From positions 496,001 through 560,000 of the forward strand of contig LSRY02000055.1 in assembly GCA_001643675.2 (NCBI GenBank): DNA of 64,000 nucleotides, in the 5' to 3' direction. The position numbers and the translations under genes were made by a program. The stretch is from Monocercomonoides exilis PA203 (taxonomy: Eukaryota > Protista > Preaxostyla). The notes beneath the pieces are model-generated. The model had not been told where the DNA came from and searched no databases. It worked only from the letters and a program-made list of their open reading frames with translations. Of this stretch, positions 48,720 to 63,500 are shown in pieces. Position 1 is the stretch's first letter; each line of letters starts with the position of its first letter.

Positions 48720-51700
48720 ATGTCATCAAGTTATCTGCCTCCTTAGATGCTCTGTTTTTGTCTGCCTGTTCGTTTTGAGAACAGATTGGTTAAAAACCAG
48801 TTTCACATGAAAGGATATGAACAACAAAATGGTGCATGAATATAAAGCGCTGAACCATTGTTCCAGTATCCTTGTGGCGCCCATTTCTCCATATCGCTTC
48901 TGCATCCCCTTCCGCGGAACTCGCATCCCTCCGTTCACTTTCTCTTTGCTCGCTGGAGTTGACGTTGTGTCCATCTGCCCGTCTGTTCTGGCTGACTCCG
49001 ATGATTCTGGGCTGCCTGCTCCAGGATCCAGAAAAGTCTACGCTTTGGACTCTGCCTGCATTACTTTTCACCGTGCTCACCAGATATTCGTTAACCAGCA
49101 CACTGGCTTCTCTTTCCATCAGTGTGGCTCCCCGCTTCCCTCCGCGCTTCTCTCTCCACAGTCATCCACCACATCTCCCCTTCCATCGACAACATCCTCT
49201 GGATCTGATGCTCCTCCTTCTTCGACGCCCTGACCTCCCTTACAGACATCCGATCCGAGTTCGTACAGTAGAGTCTTATTCTTGTTCTTTTAAACATTAT
49301 CAGTTGGCTATAGACGTATTTCTCAATGGCTGTATCATCCTTAAAGTTATTCCTCCCTCTATTTCTCCCTTCGCATTCCTCCGCTTTTCTCTTTCTTTCC
49401 ATCCTTTCCTTCTTCCTTCTCTCCTTCTCTCTCATCCTCCTTGCCCAGATCTCATCCTCTCTGATTTCCAGTGCCTTCATTCCTTTCTCAGTGAACCTCA
49501 GCTCCTGCGGATATTTCAGTATGCAAGCCAAAATCCCCTCTTTTCCGTCGCACACAAGCTTCTCTATGCCCCATCCATCAACAGGCAGCATCAACACTCT
49601 GTCTTCCATCGTGCTTCTCTGCCCGCAAGTCTCAGCACAGCCGACCCAGTGGTGGAGAAGAGAAGGAAGAGTGAAATGGAGCGAGCACTGTATTTCTTGA
49701 AGAACAGAAGAAGAGGAAGAGGAAGAAAACGAAGAAGAAGAAGAATATATAACTGAGTCTGAATATGGAGACGATGTCGAAATAGTCAGTCGAATTTATA
49801 CTGAAGAAGATGGAAATACTTTTCTATCTGGTTTCGAAGAGGCATTTTGATGAGAAGTAATAATACCATTTGGCTGATCCTCTGCATCATCTTCGTTTTC
49901 ATCGTGAGTTATTGTTAAAGAGCCGTGAGTTTCTGCTATTTTGGCTTCATTTTCGCTTTTCTTTTCTTTTCTTTTTCATTTCCATTCTCAGTTTTCTTTT
50001 TGGAAGAAACAGAATAAGAGAGCAGACTTGAAGATGGAGAAGAGGACAATGAAGATGAAGATGGATAGGAAAAAGCAGTGGAAGAAGATGACATCAAAGA
50101 AGATGGTGATAGAGATGAGTTCCTCTACTGACTTGATGCTGGCTTCCTTTTCTGTTTTTTGATTTCAGCTGCATTTTGCGAGAGAGTCGAGAGTGGATAT
50201 GTAATAGAGATCGGTTTGAGGGTGCGATCGCTGTGCTTCTTGTGTGTCTGTGCAAGTGGCTGGAGGGGATGACAAAATTGTTTGATAACAGATGTATTTT
50301 GAGAGGCTGATGAAGAAGATGAAATAGAAGAAGTTGAAGAAGAAGGTGATGATAATGATGCAGTTGGTACAGCTGTTGAGGAAGGAGATAAGGTTGTTGT
50401 TGACGAGCTGGATTTTGAATGAGATGACTTTGAGGAATGAGAGTGTGAGTGAGGCTTTGAAGAGGAGGAAGAAGAAGCAAAAGTGTTTTGAGATGACAGA
50501 GAAGGATGTGGAACTTCAACTTCACTTCTATTAGCAGAAGAATCCGAAGAAGGAGAAGAAGAAGAAGCTTCTTTCACGCTTTTTTTGCTGTGCTTGCAAA
50601 TTTTCTTTGTATTTCACAAGATATTCATCAAACAGCATGCTTTTCTGCAAAGGAGTAGAAAAAGAAAAAGAATAAGTTTTTGAATCAAACATCTTAAAAC
50701 ACATTCGCATTTTCACTTCGCTTTTTCTCCGAATGTGTTTGTTCTTTTGGAGCATAATTTTCTTCTTGTTCTTCTTTTTCTTCTTCTTTTTTTTTTTTGA
50801 AGAAGACAAGTTTTTTGAATTGTCATCTTTTCCATTTTCTGCAGCTGAAAATGTGCTTTTATTGAAAAACACTTCTGCAAAGCTTCCAAATTGAACAGCC
50901 TTCCTGTCAAAATACAGATCATCTCGTATTTGAAAAATCTTCATCCACCAAACAACAAGAAAGCGATTCAACATTCTCCTTCATCAACATCTTCCTCTTG
51001 TTCGCTTCATTTTTGAAGTTCGATTCGCTTCTTTTTGTCTTCATCTTTTTCAGATACGAAACAAATACCTCTTTCTTCTTCTCAGCCTGCTCCAGCGCCT
51101 TCTTCTGCGGTCTTCGAGCTTTTCCCGATCTTTCTCAAAGTTCTCATTCTCTTCCTCCAGCTGCTCCTTTGTCTCCTTCTCTGCCTCTTCCTTCTGTATC
51201 TTCTCTATCTTCCACTGAGTCGCTTTCTCTTCCTCAATTCTATCGATGCGGCTTGGAATGGCTGACAATTTTGGCTCAGGAAAGCACAGTGATGAAGTAG
51301 GAACAGACGCTGTGAGGCAGAAGAAAGCGAAGAGGGAAGAGAGGAAGAAGGAACAGGATGCCACATTTGATGGGTGGGAGATGGGGTGCTGGTGGGAAAA
51401 GGAGATAAAGAGCACATTGAAAGAGGAGGCGAAAGTGATGATGGTGAAGAAGGCAAAGCATTGACAATCTGATTGTTATCAGATGAAATTGGTGTGGATG
51501 GTAAAGAAGAAGATAAGATGATGATAAGGAAGAGGAGGAAAGAGAAAAAGAGAAGGATGCTGATCTAGTTGATTGGAGCGTTGACTGAAGAGTCTGATTT
51601 GGTCCATTTAACGTTGTGTTAATAGCATTTTGCTGGTTAAAAGGCAAGTTTTTCATTCTTTCTGCTTCTCTTTCTCTTTCTTCTCTCAGCTTCCTTTCTT

Positions 51701-54700
51701 TTATTCGCCTCAATCTTTCGTCAAATTTCATTCTCGCTTTCGTTTATTGCTCCTTTCACCACATCCCATCTTTCACTTCCTCCTCAAACAACTTGTCATC
51801 AAAAAGCGCAATGTGACAAACAATTATCAGAGTCTGCATCCTTTCGCTTATCAGCGACGAATACAGCGAAAGAATATCTGTATTCTTTTTCTCCTCTTTC
51901 CTCCTCTTCATCCCTTCCAATGAAGCATGAATGCTGCTTTGTGGATCCTTCACGTATTTGTTGAAACATTGTGGAGGGATCAATAAAGAAATCTGAGGGA
52001 TAGACAAAGCAGAGGATGATGATTGAGAAACAGATGGGGTCAAAGCTTTGTTAGCAGTTGTATTCTTTGACATAAAGAAATTATGATCTTCTTCTTGAAG
52101 CAGAACCATGTTATCTTTGCTGCATTTCTTCATTCAAGCTGCCATTTTTTTTTGTCTTTTCCTTTGGATCACTGAAAAACGTTTTGACGCTCTGTGAATA
52201 AGAAGATAATGATGATGAAATCACTGAATATGTGTCACGAGCATGCCTGCCTTTCAACGAAGCTGATTTCGACGCTTCAGACTTGCTTCAATTCAGCTCG
52301 CTTTTCTATCTCTCTTCTTCCTCTTTGTCTTCAATACAAAATTGTGCATTTCCTCTTATGCTTTTCCTCATTGCATTCACACCTACTACTTCTGCTTTCC
52401 GCATTTGTGAAATTAAACTCAAAATCTCTTCGTCTGCCACAACTTTTCCAGACAATTGTTATTCTTCGAAGTATTAAACTCTAAATGATGTTCTGCTTCC
52501 ATCAAATGACTCTAAATGGATCATTCTATCAACTTTTCTATTTGAAGTTCCATCTTTCTCTGTCTATAAATATTTCTCATGTTCAATTCTTTTTCTTCTT
52601 TCTCTTCCTCTTTCATTCATTTGTTCATTCTCGTTCATATTCTTCATTTTCTTCCTGTTGACCTCTTTTTCTTTTCTTCCCAGCATCTGCCTGAAGAACT
52701 CTGTTTCAAACAAAAGGGCATCCGCATAACAGAAGAACGATGGATGGAAAAGCGGTGTTAACGAAGGAGAAGAACACATCAGAGTGAATGGGCGAGCGTG
52801 TGGGTGTGTTATAAAAAGAAGGCGTGCGTTTTGATGAGTGAGGGAGTGGAGAAAGAGGCAGCAGAGACAAGGGTGGAGTCGGGAGATGGAAAGCAGAGAG
52901 GAAGAAGAGAGAGATCAAGGAATTGTTTGTGTGATTGAACTGAGGCATTGCTCGCTGCTGTCAAAGGAAGTTTTCACAGAGGCAGCTGAAGAAGAAGTCG
53001 ATAAAGATGTTGCTGTTGGGTTTGCAAAAACAGAAGCAGAACTTGACGATGATGAAAAGAAAGAAGATGCATTTAAAGTCATTTCAAATGTTGTTGCTTG
53101 AGCATTTGCTGCTAGATAAATATGTTTGTTTTTGTGGGAATTCGGATGATTCGTGATTGTGTGGACAATCATCCCTCCTCTCTCTTCTCTCTCTCTCTTT
53201 TTTTTTTCCTCTTTCTTCTTCAAAGTCATCCATGTCCAAAATGTCGTATCGAGTGCCTGAAACATCATAGCTCAGTTCGTTGAGTCTTCCTTCTCCCTTT
53301 GCAGACGAAGCAAAAACAGGAGAATGGCACACCAGTGAAGAACAAGGTGATGAGTTTTCAGTCAATTCATTGTCTTCCATCGCATGTTTGTCTTTGCTGT
53401 TTTATCTTTGTTCTCTGTCAGCTTCTTCAGCTTCTCTCTTTCTGAGATCAGATCCTCCAGCGACTTAAAGAAGATGTCCATTTCTCTTCAGCACTTCACT
53501 CCACAATCACGAATGAATGAGACATTGATGTTGAAGTGAATTAGATATTCAATGAAGATATTTGAGATTGTTCTGTTTAAGAAGAAAAAAAGGAAGAAGA
53601 AGAGGAAGAAGAGGAAGAAGAAGAAAAAGAAGAAGAAGAAGAAGAAGAAGAAGAAGAATTGGAAGGATAAGAAGACAATGAAGATGAAACAGCAGAAGGA
53701 GAACAAGAAGAAGAAAATGAAGAGGAAAAGAGATAAACCTGAGGTGTATCATGAGGAGCAAAAGAGTTGGAGCGATGAAGATGGAGATGATGATTTCTTT
53801 TGCGATGAGAAAGATGAGAAAGATGAGAAGAATTGGTAGAAGGAAGGAAGAAATCAGTTGTGGTGTTGTTGGGGTTCTTGTTTGAGGAAGAAGGATGGGA
53901 ATAAATGGAAGAAGAAGTAGAAGCAGAAGAAGAAGATCATAACGAAGATGAAATTCCTGAAATTCCTTGATATTCTCCATGCTTCTTCTGTTTGTTTGCA
54001 TCATCATTCATTCTGTTTGAAGATAAATTGAAATTCTGCTTGTCTGGAGAAGGAAGAAGATGTGTTTCTTCTCTTTGAAAAGAGCGATGTGGAAAGGAAA
54101 AGATATTGGATTTGAGACGATCAGATGAAGAGGAGGAAGAAGATGATGAGGAAGATGATAAAGAAGAGGAAGAGGAAGAGAAAGAGAAAGAGAAAGAGGA
54201 AGAGGAAGAGGAAGAGGAAGAGGAAGAGGAAGAGGAAGAGGAGGAAGGGAAATAAGAAGAAGAAGAAGAAGAAGAAGAAAGATTAGATTGAGCTAAGAGA
54301 CGTAAATTGTGAATGCCAGCATATGAATGAATGGCTGGATGAGAAATGTTCATTGGAGAAGAAGAAGAAGAAGAAGAAGAAGGGGAAGAATTCAAATTAT
54401 TTGAAAAAGAAGTGGAAGAAGAATTTAATTGAGCAGAAGGAGAAAGAGAAGAAAAGGAAGAAGAAGAAGATAATGAAATATGAAGGGAATCTTGATTTGT
54501 ATTATTTATTGAAGTGACAGAAGAAGAAGAATGTAATGGAGAAAGAGAAGAAGAGGGAGAAAGGGAAAGAGAAGAGGAGGAGGAGGAAGAAGAAATAAAA
54601 GAGAAGGAAGAGAAGGAAGAAGAGAAGAAGAAAGAAAAAAGAATAATTCCATTTGAAATTCAAAATTTTAATAGAACATTTTGGAAGATGTTTATTTCAT

Positions 54701-57320
54701 TGGATGAGAGAGAGAAAGAAGGAGAAGGAGAAGGAGAAGGAGAAGATGATGATTATGAAACAATAGAAGAGGAAGAAGAGGAAGAAGATGATGACATTGA
54801 AAATGATGAATTTGAAGAAGAAGAAGAAGAAGAAGAAGAAGATTTTGAATTGGAAGAAGAAGAGGATAATGAAGAAGAATACGATGAGGAGGAGGAGGGG
54901 GGAGGAGGAGGAGGAAGAAGAAGAAAAAGAAAAAGAAGAAGAAGAAGAAGATGTTGATGGAGTTGAAGAAGAAGAGGAAGAGGAGGAGGAAGAGGAAAAG
55001 GAAGTAGTAGTAGTAGTAGTAGAAGAAGAAGAAGAAAAAGAGGAAGAGGAAGAGGAAGAGGAAGAGGAAGAAGAAGAGGAAGAAGAAGATTGGTGGAAGT
55101 GAAAGGAGGTTTTGCAATGAAAGTGATTGAAGTGCATTTGAACATGTTTCATCTGCTGCTTCTTTCTCCTCATCCGTAGAAGAGGTAGCAAAAGAGCGAG
55201 ATATTTGGACATAGCAACATTCAGTTGCCTCACAATCAACTGGCCGTGATGACGATTAGAAGGAAGATGATATCAAAGATGATGCTAATTCTTGATACTC
55301 CGTTCTTTCAGCAGTTGCTCCTTCAAATTGTTCAGATTTGGACGAATAAATTTGGTCATCCAATGGTCCTTCTAAAGATTCTGAGGTTTTCGTGTTTGCA
55401 TATCCTTTTCAGCATCTTCTTCCTTCTCTTTCACTCTCACTCTCTTCTTCTTCGTTTTCTTTTCTGACTTTTTCAAGTTCTTTGTTAATAACTTTTCTTA
55501 ATTCCTTTTATAACATCCTTTCATCTGGTTTGATTGCAATTCACCTCAATCTCCCTCATTTCCTCGACCTCCTTCATCTTCCAAATCATCATTTCACCTC
55601 TTCATTTTCTCCTCTTTCTGTCCCTTTCGATCTGAGCACTCAACAAAACGAATCAGAATTCTTGTGATAATTAAAAAATAAGGTTCATCTTTCCCTTTTG
55701 CCTCTGGCTCAACAGAACTCTTCATCTGATGGCCAGCCCTTCTTCTGTGTGGATGAAGACATGCAGAATGGGTAGAAAGCAAACCAAGTGGAAAAGCAGA
55801 GAAAAGAGAAGAAGAAGAAGAATGGGTAGGTTGCTGTTTATTCTGTGCCTTTGAATTATTACGGAGTTGCAGTTGAGAAAAGCAGAAGAGGGTAAATGAG
55901 TTTCTGGAAGCTGAGTAAAATCGAAGTTGGAAATTTGCACAAAGTTGCCTTTTTTGTCACTTTATGAATTAATCAAACGAAAATGTCTTCGTTGCAGTCA
56001 TTTGTTACCGTTTTTCATTCGCCTCGCTTTATCTTCTTTTAAGCTGTTTTTCTTTCTGTTCTCAAAAAGAAATGAGATATTTTCCTTTATATTTTCTGCA
56101 GTTGCACCTATTTTCAGCTTGCAATCACGGTGCAGGCGGAGGAGCGAACGAATAATAAACAGCACTAGCAGATACAAATAAAATTCGCGGTTGATAATAA
56201 CTTCTGGTATTTTTATAGGAAATTGTATTGCCGTTTAGAAAAAATACCGTTGTTGATGTAATAGATGCTTCTGCTTTTGCTTCTGCTGTTTCGATCGTGT
56301 TGGGAGTGATTTTTCCTGATCGTTCGTTTTGTGTTCTCGCAATCATCGGAATCATCACACATGAAGTTTCTTTCTTCTTCCATTTAATCATATTTCATTT
56401 CCTTATCTTCTTCATTCATTTCTCCTACTCTTTCTATTTCTCTCCCTTTTTTCGGATAAAATTCTTGATCCTTCATCTTCATCTGCAAATTCAGCTGTTC
56501 TTCATTTGATCGATTGAACGGCAAATGGGGAGATCTGAACGTAAAACAACACATTGCTTCAAATTCAGTCGAAATTTTCAATACAAATTGGATAATGCAT
56601 CAGAGATGATGAAAAAATGGAATGGGATGTGGAAGAAGACGAAGATTAAGAAGAAGAAGAAGAAGAAGAAGATATTGAAGTTTCAAATGCCATATGATAT
56701 TCAATGTCTGCCTCCTGCTTCAAATGTCCAACAAATTGATTTGCAAATCAAATTGTTATTCCATCAGAACATCACAATAATTCTACAAAAATACACTCAT
56801 TGAAAAGAAAGTGCCAAATCCATTTCTGTGAAAGTGACTTGTCTCTCTTTCCGGTTGTATCGACTTTCTTGTCTTCTCTGTGTAACTTTTTTATTCTTTA
56901 GCCATCTTCTCTTTGTTTCATTCATCGACGTTGAGTAAAAGGCTATTAACATTTTCCAAAAAAACATTCTCCAAAAGCAATATCTTATCGAGCAATGTTC
57001 TAAAAGAATGAATTTTTATCAGATAAGCTCAGTTTTCGCTCATTCCGTATCCCAAAGAAGGAAGAAGATGAAGACGATGCAGAATAAGATAGTCAAATAT
57101 GGCTATCAACAACAAAATATGAAGAAGAAGATGAACAGATATTGTGAATAAAACACCTCTTTTTCTCTCTCTGTCGGAGTGGCTTGTGATGAAGTTGAGC
57201 CATATGAGAAGAAGATAGCAGTATATCCAGCAGTATATTCAGCAAAACAAGAATCGCCAAAATTAACAGTGCGATCAGAAAAAACATTTTGTGTGTTGAA
57301 TGAAACAATCATTGGCCATT
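48720..57320 (-). pseudogene. Long decayed low-complexity (Ser/Glu-rich) host gene region
   Basis: A chain of minus-strand protein-like fragments (e.g. 49091-49609, 50125-50577, 51756-52133, 53937-54395) split by stops, frameshifts and microsatellites. No domain recognised. Boundaries approximate. Confidence 0.4.
53575..55090. repeat. Dense GAA/GAG/GAGGAA microsatellite tracts
   Basis: Directly visible purine tracts at ~53575-53660, 54130-54280 and 54700-55090. Confidence 0.9.
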
Positions 57321-57566
57321 GAAATGTTTCATTTGTGTAAGGCTCTCTTGTTGTTCAACAAATCCATATCAATAATTTTGTTGAATAATCTGAGGCTGAA
57401 AATGAATGATGAATTCATTAAATTTTCCGCTTGAACACGCCTTTATGTATATAATCATTTTTGAAAGTTATTGTTCTCCACACAAACAAAAAATATGGAA
57501 AAAAATATTCTTTATTTGAAAAATAAAAAAAATATAACGATCAAATCAGGCTTTTGTTTATCAAGA

Positions 57567-60500
57567 ATGAATCCTTTCAAAAGAAAACATAACGGAATTG
57601 GAAACAAGAGCATCAAACGGGATGTGAAAAATCTAGAAAATATTTTTGGAAAAATGTCAGAGAACCATGCAGAACTTGTTCTCTTATCATTTTTACAATC
57701 TACGAAGCAAGGAAAAAAACTTTTGGAAACATTGTCCAAATCAAAAGCATGTTTGTATTTGTTTTAATATTAAATACAAAATTACTAATATTTAAACATC
57801 ATTTTTCAAATAAACTTGAATTATTTTATTTTCTATAGCTATTCCAAAAAAACATTACAATGAAATAGATATTAACTCAGATTCAGAAAGCACTGAATCA
57901 TTATCATCAGATTTAAGTCCAATTGCTTCTGTGCCTGCAACTTCGAATAATTCTGAATTATTATCATCAGATTTAAGTCCAATTGCTTCTGTGCCTGCAA
58001 CTTCGAATAATTCTGAATTATTATCATCAGATTTAAGTCCAATTGCTTCTGTGCCTGCAACTTCGAATAATTCTGAATTATTATCATCAGATTTAAGTCC
58101 AATTGCTTCTGTGCCTGCAACTTCGAATAATTCTGAATTATTATCATCAGATTTAAGTCCAATTGCTTCTGTGCCTGCAACTTCGAATAATTCTGAATTA
58201 TTATCATCAGATTTAAGTCCAATTGCTTCTGTGCCTGCAACTTCGAATAATTCTGAATTATTATCATCAGATTTAAGTCCAATTGCTTCTGTGCCTGCAA
58301 CTTCGAATAATTCTGAATTATTATCATCAGATTTAAGTCCAATTGCTTCTGTGCCTGCAACTTCGAATAATTCTGAATTATTATCATCAGATTTAAGTCC
58401 AATTGCTTCTGTGCCTGCAACTTCGAATAATTCTGAATTATTATCATCAGATTTAAGTCCAATTGCTTCTGTGCCTGCAACTTCGAATAATTCTGAATTA
58501 TTATCATCAGATTTAAGTCCAATTGCTTCTGTGCCTGCAACTTCGAATAATTCTGAATTATTATCATCAGATTTAAGTCCAATTGCTTCTGTGCCTGCAA
58601 CTTCGAATAATTCTGAATTATTATCATCAGATTTAAGTCCAATTGCTTCTGTGCCTGCAACTTCGAATAATTCTGAATTATTATCATCAGATTTAAGTCC
58701 AATTGCTTCTGTGCCTGCAACTTCGAATAATTCTGAATTATTATCATCAGATTTAAGTCCAATTGCTTCTGTGCCTGCAACTTCGAATAATTCTGAATTA
58801 TTATCATCAGATTTAAGTCCAATTGCTTCTGTGCCTGCAACTTCGAATAATTCTGAATTATTATCATCAGATTTAAGTCCAATTGCTTCTGTGCCTGCAA
58901 CTTCGAATAATTCTGAATTATTATCATCAGATTTAAGTCCAATTGCTTCTGTGCCTGCAACTTCGAATAATTCTGAATTATTATCATCAGATTTAAGTCC
59001 AATTGCTTCTGTGCCTGCAACTTCGAATAATTCTGAATTATTATCATCAGATTTAAGTCCAATTGCTTCTGTGCCTGCAACTTCGAATAATTCTGAATTA
59101 TTATCATCAGATTTAAGTCCAATTGCTTCTGTGCCTGCAACTTCGAATAATTCTGAATTATTATCATCAGATTTAAGTCCAATTGCTTCTGTGCCTGCAA
59201 CTTCGAATAATTCTGAATTATTATCATCAGATTTAAGTCCAATTGCTTCTGTGCCTGCAACTTCGAATAATTCTGAATTATTATCATCAGATTTAAGTCC
59301 AATTGCTTCTGTGCCTGCAACTTCGAATAATTCTGAATTATTATCATCAGATTTAAGTCCAATTGCTTCTGTGCCTGCAACTTCGAATAATTCTGAATTA
59401 TTATCATCAGATTTAAGTCCAATTGCTTCTGTGCCTGCAACTTCGAATAATTCTGAATTATTATCATCAGATTTAAGTCCAATTGCTTCTGTGCCTGCAA
59501 CTTCGAATAATTCTGAATTATTATCATCAGATTTAAGTCCAATTGCTTCTGTGCCTGCAACTTCGAATAATTCTGAATTATTATCATCAGATTTAAGTCC
59601 AATTGCTTCTGTGCCTGCAACTTCGAATAATTCTGAATTATTATCATCAGATTTAAGTCCAATTGCTTCTGTGCCTGCAACTTCGAATAATTCTGAATTA
59701 TTATCATCAGATTTAAGTCCAATTGCTTCTGTGCCTGCAACTTCGAATAATTCTGAATTATTATCATCAGATTTAAGTCCAATTGCTTCTGTGCCTGCAA
59801 CTTCGAATAATTCTGAATTATTATCATCAGATTTAAGTCCAATTGCTTCTGTGCCTGCAACTTCGAATAATTCTGAATTATTATCATCAGATTTAAGTCC
59901 AATTGCTTCTGTGCCTGCAACTTCGAATAATTCTGAATTATTATCATCAGATTTAAGTCCAATTGCTTCTGTGCCTGCAACTTCGAATAATTCTGAATTA
60001 TTATCATCAGATTTAAGTCCAATTGCTTCTGTGCCTGCAACTTCGAATAATTCTGAATTATTATCATCAGATTTAAGTCCAATTGCTTCTGTGCCTGCAA
60101 CTTCGAATAATTCTGAATTATTATCATCAGATTTAAGTCCAATTGCTTCTGTGCCTGCAACTTCGAATAATTCTGAATTATTATCATCAGATTTAAGTCC
60201 AATTGCTTCTGTGCCTGCAACTTCGAATAATTCTGAATTATTATCATCAGATTTAAGTCCAATTGCTTCTGTGCCTGCAACTTCGAATAATTCTGAATTA
60301 TTATCATCAGATTTAAGTCCAATTGCTTCTGTGCCTGCAACTTCGAATAATTCTGAATTATTATCATCAGATTTAAGTCCAATTGCTTCTGTGCCTGCAA
60401 CTTCGAATAATTCTGAATTATTATCATCAGATTTAAGTCCAATTGCTTCTGTGCCTGCAACTTCGAATAATTCTGAATTATTATCATCAGATTTAAGTCC

Positions 60501-63500
60501 AATTGCTTCTGTGCCTGCAACTTCGAATAATTCTGAATTATTATCATCAGATTTAAGTCCAATTGCTTCTGTGCCTGCAACTTCGAATAATTCTGAATTA
60601 TTATCATCAGATTTAAGTCCAATTGCTTCTGTGCCTGCAACTTCGAATAATTCTGAATTATTATCATCAGATTTAAGTCCAATTGCTTCTGTGCCTGCAA
60701 CTTCGAATAATTCTGAATTATTATCATCAGATTTAAGTCCAATTGCTTCTGTGCCTGCAACTTCGAATAATTCTGAATTATTATCATCAGATTTAAGTCC
60801 AATTGCTTCTGTGCCTGCAACTTCGAATAATTCTGAATTATTATCATCAGATTTAAGTCCAATTGCTTCTGTGCCTGCAACTTCGAATAATTCTGAATTA
60901 TTATCATCAGATTTAAGTCCAATTGCTTCTGTGCCTGCAACTTCGAATAATTCTGAATTATTATCATCAGATTTAAGTCCAATTGCTTCTGTGCCTGCAA
61001 CTTCGAATAATTCTGAATTATTATCATCAGATTTAAGTCCAATTGCTTCTGTGCCTGCAACTTCGAATAATTCTGAATTATTATCATCAGATTTAAGTCC
61101 AATTGCTTCTGTGCCTGCAACTTCGAATAATTCTGAATTATTATCATCAGATTTAAGTCCAATTGCTTCTGTGCCTGCAACTTCGAATAATTCTGAATTA
61201 TTATCATCAGATTTAAGTCCAATTGCTTCTGTGCCTGCAACTTCGAATAATTCTGAATTATTATCATCAGATTTAAGTCCAATTGCTTCTGTGCCTGCAA
61301 CTTCGAATAATTCTGAATTATTATCATCAGATTTAAGTCCAATTGCTTCTGTGCCTGCAACTTCGAATAATTCTGAATTATTATCATCAGATTTAAGTCC
61401 AATTGCTTCTGTGCCTGCAACTTCGAATAATTCTGAATTATTATCATCAGATTTAAGTCCAATTGCTTCTGTGCCTGCAACTTCGAATAATTCTGAATTA
61501 TTATCATCAGATTTAAGTCCAATTGCTTCTGTGCCTGCAACTTCGAATAATTCTGAATTATTATCATCAGATTTAAGTCCAATTGCTTCTGTGCCTGCAA
61601 CTTCGAATAATTCTGAATTATTATCATCAGATTTAAGTCCAATTGCTTCTGTGCCTGCAACTTCGAATAATTCTGAATTATTATCATCAGATTTAAGTCC
61701 AATTGCTTCTGTGCCTGCAACTTCGAATAATTCTGAATTATTATCATCAGATTTAAGTCCAATTGCTTCTGTGCCTGCAACTTCGAATAATTCTGAATTA
61801 TTATCATCAGATTTAAGTCCAATTGCTTCTGTGCCTGCAACTTCGAATAATTCTGAATTATTATCATCAGATTTAAGTCCAATTGCTTCTGTGCCTGCAA
61901 CTTCGAATAATTCTGAATTATTATCATCAGATTTAAGTCCAATTGCTTCTGTGCCTGCAACTTCGAATAATTCTGAATTATTATCATCAGATTTAAGTCC
62001 AATTGCTTCTGTGCCTGCAACTTCGAATAATTCTGAATTATTATCATCAGATTTAAGTCCAATTGCTTCTGTGCCTGCAACTTCGAATAATTCTGAATTA
62101 TTATCATCAGATTTAAGTCCAATTGCTTCTGTGCCTGCAACTTCGAATAATTCTGAATTATTATCATCAGATTTAAGTCCAATTGCTTCTGTGCCTGCAA
62201 CTTCGAATAATTCTGAATTATTATCATCAGATTTAAGTCCAATTGCTTCTGTGCCTGCAACTTCGAATAATTCTGAATTATTATCATCAGATTTAAGTCC
62301 AATTGCTTCTGTGCCTGCAACTTCGAATAATTCTGAATTATTATCATCAGATTTAAGTCCAATTGCTTCTGTGCCTGCAACTTCGAATAATTCTGAATTA
62401 TTATCATCAGATTTAAGTCCAATTGCTTCTGTGCCTGCAACTTCGAATAATTCTGAATTATTATCATCAGATTTAAGTCCAATTGCTTCTGTGCCTGCAA
62501 CTTCGAATAATTCTGAATTATTATCATCAGATTTAAGTCCAATTGCTTCTGTGCCTGCAACTTCGAATAATTCTGAATTATTATCATCAGATTTAAGTCC
62601 AATTGCTTCTGTGCCTGCAACTTCGAATAATTCTGAATTATTATCATCAGATTTAAGTCCAATTGCTTCTGTGCCTGCAACTTCGAATAATTCTGAATTA
62701 TTATCATCAGATTTAAGTCCAATTGCTTCTGTGCCTGCAACTTCGAATAATTCTGAATTATTATCATCAGATTTAAGTCCAATTGCTTCTGTGCCTGCAA
62801 CTTCGAATAATTCTGAATTATTATCATCAGATTTAAGTCCAATTGCTTCTGTGCCTGCAACTTCGAATAATTCTGAATTATTATCATCAGATTTAAGTCC
62901 AATTGCTTCTGTGCCTGCAACTTCGAATAATTCTGAATTATTATCATCAGATTTAAGTCCAATTGCTTCTGTGCCTGCAACTTCGAATAATTCTGAATTA
63001 TTATCATCAGATTTAAGTCCAATTGCTTCTGTGCCTGCAACTTCGAATAATTCTGAATTATTATCATCAGATTTAAGTCCAATTGCTTCTGTGCCTGCAA
63101 CTTCGAATAATTCTGAATTATTATCATCAGATTTAAGTCCAATTGCTTCTGTGCCTGCAACTTCGAATAATTCTGAATTATTATCATCAGATTTAAGTCC
63201 AATTGCTTCTGTGCCTGCAACTTCGAATAATTCTGAATTATTATCATCAGATTTAAGTCCAATTGCTTCTGTGCCTGCAACTTCGAATAATTCTGAATTA
63301 TTATCATCAGATTTAAGTCCAATTGCTTCTGTGCCTGCAACTTCGAATAATTCTGAATTATTATCATCAGATTTAAGTCCAATTGCTTCTGTGCCTGCAA
63401 CTTCGAATAATTCTGAATTATTATCATCAGATTTAAGTCCAATTGCTTCTGTGCCTGCAACTTCGAATAATTCTGAATTATTATCATCAGATTTAAGTCC